A stretch of DNA of 64,000 bases from Octopus bimaculoides (GCF_001194135.2 NC_068981.1:133623641-133687640); one strand, 5' to 3'; shown: positions 36,873 through 48,752, counted from the first letter of the stretch. A program made the numbers and translations. The notes: generated from the sequence alone by a model not told the origin.

Positions 36873-37868
36873 GTATATATATATATATATATATANNNNN
36901 NNNNNNNNNNNNNNNNNNNNNNNNNNNNNNNNNNNNNNNNNNNNNNNNNNNNNNNNNNNNNNNNNNNNNNNNNNNNNNNNNNNNNNNNNNNNNNNNNNNN
37001 NNNNNNNNNNNNNNNNNNNNNNNNNNNNNNNNNNNNNNNNNNNNNNNNNNNNNNNNNNNNNNNNNNNNNNNNNNNNNNNNNNNNNNNNNNNNNNNNNNNN
37101 NNNNNNNNNNNNNNNNNNNNNNNNNNNNNNNNNNNNNNNNNNNNNNNNNNNNNNNNNNNNNNNNNNNNNNNNNNNNNNNNNNNNNNNNNNNNNNNNNNNN
37201 NNNNNNNNNNNNNNNNNNNNNNNNNNNNNNNNNNNNNNNNNNNNNNNNNNNNNNNNNNNNNNNNNNNNNNNNNNNNNNNNNNNNNNNNNNNNNNNNNNNN
37301 NNNNNNNNNNNNNNNNNNNNNNNNNNNNNNNNNNNNNNNNNNNNNNNNNNNNNNNNNNNNNNNNNNNNNNNNNNNNNNNNNNNNNNNNNNNNNNNNNNNN
37401 NNNNNNNNNNNNNNNNNNNNNNNNNNNNNNNNNNNNNNNNNNNNNNNNNNNNNNNNNNNNNNNNNNNNNNNNNNNNNNNNNNNNNNNNNNNNNNNNNNNN
37501 NNNNNNNNNNNNNNNNNNNNNNNNNNNNNNNNNNNNNNNNNNNNNNNNNNNNNNNNNNNNNNNNNNNNNNNNNNNNNNNNNNNNNNNNNNNNNNNNNNNN
37601 NNNNNNNNNNNNNNNNNNNNNNNNNNNNNNNNNNNNNNNNNNNNNNNNNNNNNNNNNNNNNNNNNNNNNNNNNNNNNNNNNNNNNNNNNNNNNNNNNNNN
37701 NNNNNNNNNNNNNNNNNNNNNNNNNNNNNNNNNNNNNNNNNNNNNNNNNNNNNNNNNNNNNNNNNNNNNNNNNNNNNNNNNNNNNNNNNNNNNNNNNNNN
37801 NNNNNNNNNNNNNNNNNNNNNNNNNNNNNNNNNNNNNNNNNNNNNNNNNNNNNNNNNNNNNNNNNNNN

Positions 37869-37914
<46 letters not shown>

Positions 37915-37921
37915 TTTGTGT

Positions 37922-38152
37922 GTGGAGGCGCGTGGCTTAATGGTTAAGGTATCGGCATCATGATAGTAAGGTTGTGGTTTCGATTTCTGGACCGGGCGAC
38001 GCGTTGCGTTCTTGAGCAAAACACTTCATTTCACGTTGCTCCAGTCCACTCAGCTGGCAAAAATGAGTAACGCTGCGATGGACTGGGGAACACATACGCC
38101 ATTTGAAACCGGGAAACCGGGCCCATGAGCCTGGCTAGGCTTTAAAAGGGCG
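37922..38152 (+). mobile_element. CORE-type tRNA SINE
   Basis: Head 'ggaggcgcgtggcttaatggttaag...gtttcgatttc'; CORE-like 'cttgagcaaaacacttcatttcacgttgctccagtccactcagctggcaaaaatgag'. Confidence 0.88.
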
Positions 38153-38690
38153 CATTTATTATATTATATTATATATATATATATATACAGGTGTATTACT
38201 TTGGCGCTCGGGAAGATTGAAAAAGTGTTTGACGTTTCGAGCCTACGCTCTTCGAGAGAAAGGGAGGAGACGAAAAACTAGACAGGAGGAAAAATGGGGA
38301 GAGAAAAAATATATTGGGGCTAACTCTTTCGCGGAGAGAGAGAGCGAGAGAGAGAGAGAGAGTCTTACCAGCATAGACCCTATGCTGCTGAGCATGTTCT
38401 TATGTCCTTCTTAAACTATTGATCATAATGATAGCGTTACTTCCGGCAGAAGCGCTTCTTTCAGCCGTGTCAAGTGGTGTCATTAGTATCAGGAAATAAC
38501 CACACTGCAGCACATGTTCTCACATGTGTATTCTCACATCCACTTACTCATTCATCACTTTTATACGAGAATGTAGAGGTAGCAATCATCAGAACGCTGT
38601 AATTATTTTAATTCTTCATTTAAAAATCATATATCCAGACACTAGTATCATAGTTCAAATAACTTGCATGGTAGGAAACAATTTATGGTG

Positions 38691-38767
<77 letters not shown>

Positions 38768-38958
38768 CTAATTATGACTGATGTTGCAGGGTAGCACCTG
38801 CATTGCAAGAAATAAGAGTTAAAAGAAACCCTTAACCACAAGGTTAAAGGTGTTTTATAATTTTCACATTACTATTTTGTTGAATCAGCCAGAGATTCAT
38901 ATGGTAAATACTGTACACTGACAGTCGAGACTCAGGTTGACCATCCAGCGATGGAGTA

Positions 38959-39012
38959 GTCACTACTGATGAGCTTTAATTTTAAGCGAAACTAGTCTAG
39001 TATAGTGACCTC
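38959..39012 (+). ncRNA. Minimal type-I hammerhead ribozyme motif with intact catalytic core
   Basis: CTGATGA 38966-38972; stem II GCTT/AAGC; GAAA 38988-38991; palindromic stem III ACTAGT; GTC triplet ending at 38997; stem I ACTA/TAGT, extendable through GTC/GAC. Confidence 0.78.
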
Positions 39013-39619
39013 GGAAACGAGTATATAAAAAGCCAACTTATCATAGCGAGTCAAAATCGCAAATGAGTTTGATTTCGAATTCTGTGATGAACACTTAGTC
39101 CTCATCAGTTAGTATTACTGCCGAAAGCTAAATATACTCGTGTCACCATGTATATATATANNNNNNNNNNNNNNNNNNNNNNNNNNNNNNNNNNNNNNNN
39201 NNNNNNNNNNNNNNNNNNNNNNNNNNNNNNNNNNNNNNNNNNNNNNNNNNNNNNNNNNNNNNNNNNATATATATATATATATATAACATATATACATGTA
39301 TACATATGAGTTGGACATACATAACCGAGGGCTAAATATACTCACGTCATAATGTATGGATATATATGTCCCCATGTTTAAATATATGAGTCATACATAC
39401 ATGCATATATACATACATATACAATATATGTATATATGTCATTATTCAGTTTTATTTCAAGATTTCTTGCCAATAGAGAAAGAACCGGTTTCTAACCTAG
39501 ATCCAAGGCTCTTCATTAGAATTTCAACAACATCAACAAGATATTTCTAGTATGAATGCATGTATGTATACGTGCAGATTTGTATGTGTTGTTTAGTATG
39601 TAGTGAAGACGCGTAAATT

Positions 39620-39935
39620 ATTGGTCAAGTTGTTGACTCATAACGCGTTTTAATCAGATTTTCATCGACTTTAATTCTCAGGCTTAATCTGACCACTTTC
39701 AACACTCGCATTTCTTTATGAATACTATGATTTCTCTTGCCTAATGCTTCGGCTCGTTGCCATTCACGCTCTGCTCAAATGCTTTTGGCAATATGGAAGT
39801 ATAACCTTCTTGGAGATGTCTACATAGACTTTATTGTTCATGACACTCTTGTTCTGATGTATGGAAGCAACCCCAAACGATAACATCAACATCATTTTGG
39901 TTGACTGTTGGATTCAAGCTGTCTACTTGAAATTT
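39620..39935 (-). mobile_element. Tc1-like transposase fragment, decayed
   Basis: NPTVNQNDVDVIVWGCF...MNNKVYVDISKKVILP...NEPKH resembles Tc1 PTVKHGGGSVMVWGCF...MN...Y.DIL...QDNDPKH. Confidence 0.7.
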
Positions 39936-39939
39936 TCCT

Positions 39940-40440
39940 CTTTCTTCCTCTCCACTCTTCCTCTCTTTCTTCTCTTCCTCCTCCTTCTCTTCTTCCTCTC
40001 TTTCTTCTCTTCCTCCTCCCTTTCTCTTCTCTTTCTTCTCTTCTTCCTCCCCTTCTTCTCTTCTTCCTCTCTTTCTTCTCTTCTTCCTCTCCTTTTCTTC
40101 CTCCCTTTCTTCTTTTCTCCCTCCCTTTCTTCTTTTCTCCCTCCCTTTCTTCTTTTCTTCCTCTACTTCTCTTCTTCCCTTCTTCCTCCCCTTCTTCTCA
40201 TTCTTATCTTCTTCTTCTCTTGTTCCTCTCTTTCTTATCTTCTTCTTCTCGTGGCCCATTTCCTTTTCATTCTGTGTCTTCATCATTTTCTTCTTTTCTT
40301 TTTCTATCCGCTTCTTTCTCTACTTCTTTTCCTCCTCTCCTTTTCCGTCATCTTATTTCCTTCTTCTTCCCTATCTCCTATCCCTTTTTCTTCCTCTTCA
40401 TCCTCTTCTTTCGTTACGGTTTTCTCCTTTCTCTCCACCA
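39940..40440. repeat. Polypyrimidine (CT/CTT) degenerate minisatellite
   Basis: Units such as 'cctccctttcttcttttct' recur; it generates the spurious 39861 and 39908 ORFs. Confidence 0.9.
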
Positions 40441-41053
40441 ATTCTTATTGTTTTTCACTTTCTTCTTTTATTTATTATTCCTGTTGTTGTTGTTGTCGTC
40501 GTAATTTTCCTTGTTATTGTTTATCATTATTATTATTATTGCTGTTGTTTTTATTAGTAGTAGTTGTAGTAATATAATTCTTCTAGTTTATACTGTATCG
40601 GTGTGTGTATGTGTGTGTGCATGTGTGTGTGTGTGTGCGTGTGCTCTATGAGGGGCGCTTATGAGCATAAAAGAAAAGAGAGACCAATAATATATGTATG
40701 TATGTATGTATGTATGTTTACATATATACCCATATATACACAAACATGCGTATACACATATGTACATATGAATTCACCAGCATGCTAACACACTCAGTAT
40801 GTTGTTGTCGTCGTAATCTTCCTTGTTATTGTTGTATGTATGTATACATATATACCCATATATACACATGTATGTATGTACGTATGTATGTATGTATACA
40901 TATATACCTATATATACACAAACATGCGTATACATATATGTACATATGAATTCACCAACACGCTAACACACTCAGTTGTCTTTGCCACACTCAAACACAC
41001 ACACACACACACACATATACATATATATTATATGTACATATATATGTATATAC

Positions 41054-41126
<73 letters not shown>

Positions 41127-41194
41127 AATACATAAGTAGGTATAAATACAAATGTATATATAAGTATATGTGTTTGTGTGTACACGTATAGAGG

Positions 41195-41262
<68 letters not shown>

Positions 41263-42236
41263 CAGACATATATGTACATTCAGAGTATATACGGATATAG
41301 AGTTTCCCATAATACAATAGTCTCACACGACACGCACCACCTACAAAATCCATCATATCATTTCCACAGTTTCCTTTCAGATCGGTAATACGAAACTAAC
41401 ACACCACGCTATCTGGGAATTATTGAATGATTTATAGTTTGAAGACATTCTCGCTAAAGTCATGTCCCGCATTTATGTATGTTTGAGGTTGTTCGGTGCC
41501 TGGCTCTATTGACAGTATGTGTCCATACAATAAATGTTTGCTCTAGAGTGCTGTGATCCAAAACAGCCGACCATCTAACCAACAGATTAACCAGCAAACT
41601 CTATCCCTAACCGCCCGACAAACCAACAAACCAGGCAGAGCTCTTTTCTGTCGATTATGGATTTTTTTTTTTGTTTGTCTCACATTATATGCGGGTGTAT
41701 GTTTCTGAATATATATATANNNNNNNNNNNNNNNNNNNNNNNNNNNNNNNNNNNNNNNNNNNNNNNNNNNNNNNNNNNNNNNNNNNNNNNNNNNNNNNNN
41801 NNNNNNNNNNNNNNNNNNNNNNNNNNNNNNNNNNNNNNNNNNNNNNNNNNNNNNNNNNNNNNNNNNNNNNNNNNNNNNNNNNNNNNNNNNNNNNNNNNNN
41901 NNNNNNNNNNNNNNNNNNNNNNNNNNNNNNNNNNNNNNNNNNNNNNNNNNNNNNNNNNNNNNNNNNNNNNNNNNNNNNNNNNNNNNNNNNNNNNNNNNNN
42001 NNNNNNNNNNNNNNNNNNNNNNNNNNNNNNNNNNNNNNNNNNNNNNNNNNNNNNNNNNNNNNNNNNNNNNNNNTTGTGTGTATTTACATTTACGCATTAT
42101 CATACTTATATAGTTATCGAAATGTAAATGCACCACACACACACACAAGTATAGTATAGGTATCTGTTATGTAAATAATTCAATAGGTAAATAGATAGAC
42201 ATACAGACATCTATGCATACCTATATAAATATATTA

Positions 42237-42880
42237 TTCTAATCCCCTTCAGCCATTTGTCTATATCTTTGCTTACTGTCCCCAACGCACCAATTATTAT
42301 AGGGACGACTGTTACTGTTCTCATGCTCCAAATTCTTCCAATTTCAAATTTTAAGGGATTGTATTTTTCTTCTTTTTTTTTTTTTTGATTTTCTTCCTAT
42401 TTCTTTTCGATCCTGGAATCAAACGGGCATGATGGGTCGACTTCGCTTTTCCTCATCTATAATTGTTATGTCCGGTCTATTATTTTCTAACTTCTTGTCT
42501 GTTTGAATAGGAAAGTCCCACAAATTTTTACATTTCTCTGACACCAGTACTCTTTCGTGTTCCCAGATTCAAATCCCCATTTCTGGTACAGTTTCCGGTG
42601 TAAAACTTTTACAACCTGGTCGTGCCTCCATTTCTTATATTTTTCCTATGCTAACTTGGGGCATTCTTCCGCAATGTGTGCCACTGTCTCGTTCCAAGTT
42701 CCACATGCTCTACATTTTTCTGACACATTCTCTCCATATATATTTTTTCTCAAGCTGTTTGTTTTTATCACTCTGTCGTGGGCTGCTACAATTAGGCTTT
42801 CTGTTTCTTTTTTTAATTGCCCCTTTTTTTTAACCAAACCCAGGATTTTTTTCCACATACGTATTCAGTGGCTCTCCAAA
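42237..42880 (-). mobile_element. R4/Dong-clade LINE fragment C (CCHC finger + restriction-like endonuclease)
   Basis: LKKETESLIVAAHD...KCRACGTWNETVAHIAEECPKLA; ILWDFPIQTDKKLENNRPDITII; VVPIIIGALG. Confidence 0.85.
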
Positions 42881-42897
42881 ATTATATTATTATTATT

Positions 42898-43293
42898 TTT
42901 TGATGAAAACTCACAGCTTATTTTGCTGGGTATGATGGAGAGTATCAATTGTCCACAGCCAGCAGATTAAGGTGACACTTGTTTACTGGTCATGCTTCAA
43001 GAACCCTGCGAAGAATTCTTGCAGTTCAAAAAAATGCTGATTTTTGTAGGTGTTCTACCTTCACACTTGCACCAATCTGTGTCAGCCATGTTGGTAGTTG
43101 AGTGCTGATACTTCCAAGTGCACCAATTACTATTGGTATCACGTCTACTCTCCTCACTGACCACAACCTTCGTATTTCCCACTTTAAATCGTAGTAGTTG
43201 TTCAGTTTTCCTTCTTTCTGTTTCATCCTGTTGTCACCGGGACATGCTATGTCGATTATCAGACATGTTCTTTCTTTTTTTCTCATCACAAGA
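42898..43293 (-). mobile_element. R4/Dong-clade LINE 3' end, copy B
   Basis: CLIIDIACPGD...YYDLKWEIRRLWSVRRVDVIPIVIGALG...HLQKSA; ~90-nt 3' UTR, then (AAT)n. Confidence 0.9.
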
Positions 43294-43333
43294 ATTATTA
43301 TTATTGTTGTTGATGTTGTTGTTGTTGTTGTTA

Positions 43334-43773
43334 TGTGATAAAAAACTTAGTGTATTTTGCTGGGTATGGTGGAAAGTGTCAGCAGTCCACGGCCAACAGA
43401 CTAAGGTGACACTTGTTTACTGGTCATGCTTCAAGAACCCTGCGACGAATTCTTGCAGTTCCAAGTAATGCTGATTTCTGTAGGTGTTCTACCTTCACAC
43501 TTATATCAATCATTTTAAGCCATGCTGGTAGTTGAGTGCTGATGCTTCCAAGTGCACCAATTACTACTGGTATCACGTCTACTCTCCTCATTGACCACAA
43601 CCTTCATATTTCCCACTTCAAATTGTCATAGTCGTTTATTTTTTCCTCTTTCTCTCTGATCTTGTGGTCACCGGGACATACTATGTCGATTATCATGCAT
43701 GTTCTTTCTTTTTTATTCACCACAACAAACAATGTCCGGCTTCCGATGTCTAGTCAGGTGATTGCACTGAAGG
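43334..43773 (-). mobile_element. R4/Dong-clade LINE 3' end, copy A
   Basis: HRKPDIV; colinear with copy B through the stop and 3' UTR; bordered by (AAC)n on both sides. Confidence 0.9.
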
Positions 43774-43776
43774 ATT

Positions 43777-43821
<45 letters not shown>

Positions 43822-44222
43822 AATATGATTACTAAGTACGTTATCAGGAAATTATACTCTGCTTTATGTATTGAGTACAGTTTCTCTTGTTTTAAAATCA
43901 AGGTTATAGCATATTCTAAGGAGCCTAGAATTTTGTTAACGCATTTTCCAAAATTAGATTAAAAACAAACAGGGAGATAACATATAGCATTGGTATTGTA
44001 ATCCATAGACTGTTCTGAAAAATAGTGTTACGTGATTACAGAGCATAAATTTTAGACTTCAGTGATATAATAGGTTTGTGAGCATGAAACAGAATATATC
44101 TACGAGTGTACATGTAGAAAATTATTTACATATATATGAGCGCGTGAGTCTGTGTGCGTGTGTGTGTGTATTTATATATATGTTTGTGTATGTGTGTGTC
44201 CGTATAACTGTGTATGTATATG

Positions 44223-44260
<38 letters not shown>

Positions 44261-44530
44261 CATATACATTCACGTGCATACAAACATTGGTGTGCAAACG
44301 TAGATGCTGGCAATCATGGACATACACATAGACACACACACATTCATTCATGCACACACACACACACACACATACGTACATACATACATACATACATACA
44401 TACATACATACATACAATCAAACATGCACAAATAGTTATATAAAGTAGATTCTCCCGCCGGTTTCGACGTATAACCAATATTATTAATATTATTGATGAT
44501 TCGGACAAAAATTTCAAAACATTTCTGTAG

Positions 44531-44586
44531 TTACGGTTAGGGTTAGGGCTTTAGGGTTTTAGGGTTAGAGTTAGGGTTAGGGTTAG
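44531..44586 (+). repeat. Short degenerate interstitial (TTAGGG)n tract
   Basis: About 9 TTAGGG-like units. Confidence 0.85.
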
Positions 44587-44892
44587 TGTTTGGGACAAAG
44601 TCAAAATTGAAGAATTTGGGGAGGAAGGTGGTGAAAAATTTAACAATGCCGATTTTTGGCAATTTTTCGGAACCTCCGTATCCGAATACGGGGCTTTCTG
44701 GCAAAAGAATTTTAAAAATAAACAAATTTGAGAGAAAATGGGTGCGGATGGGTGAAAGTCTTTCCAGTGTTTTTGCCCGTGATTTTGAATATGGTATATT
44801 TGGAAGCTGACAACAGTACCTACCAGTTCGATCGTCAGTAGTTCATATATCCGAAAGAGAAGCACACTTGAAAACATTAGAGCAGGCATATA

Positions 44893-45045
44893 CGAAGGGT
44901 TTCCTTCAGTTTCCACCTACTAAATCCATTCACAAAGTTTGGTCGGCTCGAAGCTATAGTAGAAAACACTTGCCCAAGGTGCCACGTCGTGAGACTGAAC
45001 CCAGAACCATGTGTTTGGGAAGAAAGCTGCTTACCACACATCCAC
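44893..45045 (-). mobile_element. SINE family C, 5' half
   Basis: Reverse complement of the family head and 'gcaccttgggcaagtgttttctactatagc'. Confidence 0.9.
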
Positions 45046-45407
45046 ATACATACATTCTTATATATGTATGTTAAATATATATNNNNNNNNNNNNNNNNNN
45101 NNNNNNNNNNNNNNNNNNNNNNNNNNNNNNNNNNNNNNNNNNNNNNNNNNNNNNNNNNNNNNNNNNNNNNNNNNNNNNNNNNNNNNNNNNNNNNNNNNNN
45201 NNNNNNNNNNNNNNNNNNNNNNNNNNNNNNNNNNNNNNNNNNNNNNNNNNNNNNNNNNNNNNNNNNNNNNNNNNNNNNNNNNNNNNNNNNNNNNNNNNNN
45301 NNNNNNNNNNNNNNNNNNNNNNNNNNNNNNNNNNNNNNNNNNNNNNNNNNNNNNNNNNNNNNNNNNNNNNNNNNNNNNNNNNNNNNNNNNNNNNNNNNNN
45401 NNNNNNC

Positions 45408-45863
45408 CGAGGAAGACCATTGCCGACCTTCAGGAACATTGTGCGCTCTAGGACTAACTTATATTTTGCATTTGCGACTCCGTTGGTGGCTAATGAGCCC
45501 TGCTCTTGACAAGCATACATGACTGCAAACATTGCAGACCAAGCTTTCCCCATTCACTATACGAGCCGTGCGCTTTTGCGCAGCTTGCTTAATTTCTTCA
45601 TGCTGGATACGTGCTCTCTCAAAGGTGTCGATCCCCTCCTTAACCTGCTTCCTCCATCCGTGGCGATGACAGGAATTGTTCTCCCAGTCAGTGTCCTGCA
45701 TATTGAGGCGATGGTGCACAAGCACCGATTACGTTGGACTGGGACACCTTATTAGAATGAAGGATAGCAGGATTCCTAAGCAGATGCTATATGGAGAGCT
45801 TGTGAATGGAAGGAGACTCCGGCAGAAACCAAGGCTGCGATTTAAGGACTGTGTCAAGTCCTC
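45408..45863 (-). mobile_element. RTE-clade LINE 3' end with an inverted 5' segment (45701-45863 lies on the plus strand)
   Basis: Minus strand: NMQDTDWE...CNVCSHVCLSRAGLISHQRSRKC. Plus strand: IEAMVHKHRLRWTG/HLIRMKDSRIPKQMLYGELVNGRRLRQKPRLRFKDCVKSS. Confidence 0.9.
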
Positions 45864-46757
45864 ATATATATATATACATACATATATACACACAATTAAT
45901 CCCACCCATATACACCAGTTCAACATACCCACCTATATTTATATTTTTAGACATGCCCACACGTATACCCTTATATTTATATATATACTGAAACGTATGT
46001 ATATATCTACATATACACACATATCCACACAAAGCTACATACACATATTTTGCTTTCGTAAGCCCCATACACAGGCACAGCTTTAGCTCACATACGCACA
46101 CATAAAGGCAGTCACACATCTACACATGTATACGGCATACGTGCTGCACGTACGCACATGCAAGCTACATTTCTCGATACACATAAACACATGCATATGT
46201 ATTCATATTTTATAAAACAATTACAAAACTGGAGGGGGACAAAAAACAACCTAATTAACATGTAAAAACACACGCATAAAAAGAGAGTAATGTTTGCAAC
46301 AGGGAGAGAAGAGTAAACAATAGATGGAAAATAATAAAATGGGGAAGAGAGAAAGGAAGAAGGAAGTAAAATGAGAGAAAGTGGATGAGCTCTTGAGCTT
46401 GTGAATTGTAATCAAGGGAGATAAATTGTAATTTCAAGAATATTCCTTCGGTTTCTATGCAATAAATACATCTTGCGGGTGGGGTTTATTTTATCTCAAC
46501 TAAGTAAGTTGGATGTGTTCCTCGAAGGCATCTTGAGAAGGATTCTGAAAACGTACTAGCAAGACCACATAAGCAATGGAGACATTCTGAAATGAACCTG
46601 CAGAAACTCACTTTGCGGAATAATTACAAAACGAAGACTAACTGATCACACACTCTGCCTACCAGAACACCATTCTAAAACAGCTTTTAAACAGACTCTA
46701 CTGAAGGAAGAGAGGAGGACTGAACACTACATGGTACGGAACATTCATAACCGATAT

Positions 46758-47086
46758 ATGGGTAAATGTAAAGACCCCCTTCGGTCACCATAGGATTGCA
46801 CCTGAAAAGGGACAAGCCCGGGAAAGGTAGTTTGTAGAAGACCAGCAGTCGCTCATGCATGCCAGCCTTCCTTCTCCATGCCACTGATGTTATCCAAGGG
46901 AAAGGCAAAGGCCGATATAGCTTGGCACCAGTGACGTCGCAACTCATTTCTACAGCTGAGTGAACTGAAGCAACATGAAATAAAGTGTCTTGCTCAAGAA
47001 CGCAACACACAGCTCGGTTCGGGAATCGAACTCACAACCACACGATTGTAAATCCCACGCTCTAACCACTGAGCCACGCGCCTTCG
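46758..47086 (-). mobile_element. CORE-type tRNA SINE with a distinct 3' tail
   Basis: Clean head AGGCGCGTGGCTCAGTGGTTAGAGC...GAGTTCGATTCCC; CORE-like segment at ~46943-47000. Confidence 0.9.
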
Positions 47087-47323
47087 CTCACTGATATGAG
47101 AAGCCAATATCACATGGCCGAACGCAGAGAAAACTGCAGTCAACAGAAATTAATGGCGTCAATTTGCAACCCAATGTCCTCGAGAACTCAAGAGGAACTA
47201 AACTGAATTGAATTAAATAAGCTATAACGGACATATCGAAAAGGTTCTTTCACTAACAATTATGAATATAAATCTTGGAGACATTAGATTATTTTATCCA
47301 ATTTTTGTTCACTTTACATAACT

Positions 47324-47648
47324 GGCAGTCTGTCGCTTACGACGACTCGGGTTCCAGTTCCTCCGATCAACGTAACAGCTTGCTCGTGATATTAACGTGC
47401 AAGTGGCTGAGCACTCCACAGATACATTGTACCCTTAACGTAGTTCTCAGGCAAATTCAGCCTGACACAGAATATGATAAGGTTGGTCCTTCTGAATTAC
47501 AGGTACAACTGATTTTTGTTCTCAACTGAGTGGACTGGAGTAATATGAAATAAAGTGCCTGGTATAAGGACACAATACAACGCCAAGAATCGAACTCACG
47601 ATCTTATGACTGAGAGCTAAATATCCTAACCACTAATTACGCACCTTC
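47324..47648 (-). mobile_element. tRNA head + CORE + family-B tail SINE
   Basis: 'actttatttcatattactccagtccactcagttg' followed by the tail shared with 2821-3000. Confidence 0.88.
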
Positions 47649-48369
47649 ATCAACACATAGACAACCATATCTCCACGTACGCACAAATAAACTTACTGTC
47701 ACTCGCATACAAGCAAATAGTGTTATTCTACATGATTAGCTTTTCTGACAACCTTGTATCTGTAACAAATTTATTGTTGATACACTCTCTGGATTAACAC
47801 AACCTTAACGTTTGGAGTAATTAGCGTCCATACTGTCACATGACTCTAATCGCATGCAATTGTTCATACCGTCACGTGACACATTCATTAGATTACAACG
47901 CCATGGCGCGTTTTGGCGAAATTACCGTTCATACAGTCAAGTGATCCTAATATGTGTGAGTCTCTGAGAACTAAGCAGATTCTATTCCTGACTACATGGT
48001 CATCTTCAACAAAAGTTTATCTTAACTGATAGCAATTTGAGATAGAAACGAACGAGTTTTCAAACTTTGGTCTCAAGTGAGATACTTGCAACATAGCTCC
48101 ACGCTTCTCCATTTCACACTAACTTTGACGTTCCTGAAATTGTGAACCCAGCGAAGTTAGAGTAACTAGGCCTTCTTGAAGGTTCCAGAGCAATTTAGGC
48201 TTCGTTTGTGTGTATGCATGTATGTATGTATGTGTGTATGTATGTATGTATGTACGTATGTATGTGTGTGAGCGCGCGTTTTTTCATTCCAACAAACGAG
48301 ATAGTGACGAATGAATGAGAGAGGAATGGAGAACGTGTTGTAGAGTATATGGTTTATTGAAGCTGAATG

Positions 48370-48381
48370 TTTCGATTCGAT

Positions 48382-48455
<74 letters not shown>

Positions 48456-48683
48456 CATACATACATACATACATACATACATACATAGACAGATAGATAG
48501 ATGGATGGATAAGATAGATAAGTTAGATAAAGCGATAGTAAGATAGGTAGATATATTGTATATATGTGTATATATTGTTTGTATGTATATATGTACGCAT
48601 GTATGCATTCATATATGTATGTATGCCTGTATGAATATGTATGTATGTCTGTATGAATATGTATGTATGTATACGTATATCTA

Positions 48684-48752
<69 letters not shown>
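48370..48752. repeat. (GATA)n-(CATA)n-(TA)n compound microsatellite
   Basis: Read directly. Confidence 0.95.

Noticed and set aside
38225-38268. Minus-strand hammerhead-like string TCGAAGAGCGTAGGCTCGAAACGTC
   Set aside because: The core and a good stem II cannot be formed at the same time, and stem I does not pair.
39831-40577. 238-aa and 198-aa hydrophobic ORFs and the antisense 151-aa Glu/Lys/Arg ORF
   Set aside because: Products of a CT-rich minisatellite; no domain features.
40700-40975. ~90-bp tandem duplication among TATG repeats
   Set aside because: Real but ordinary microsatellite-associated slippage.
44455-44530. TTGATGA...TTCAAAAC with an inverted GTTTCGAC
   Set aside because: Too degenerate; the stems do not pair.
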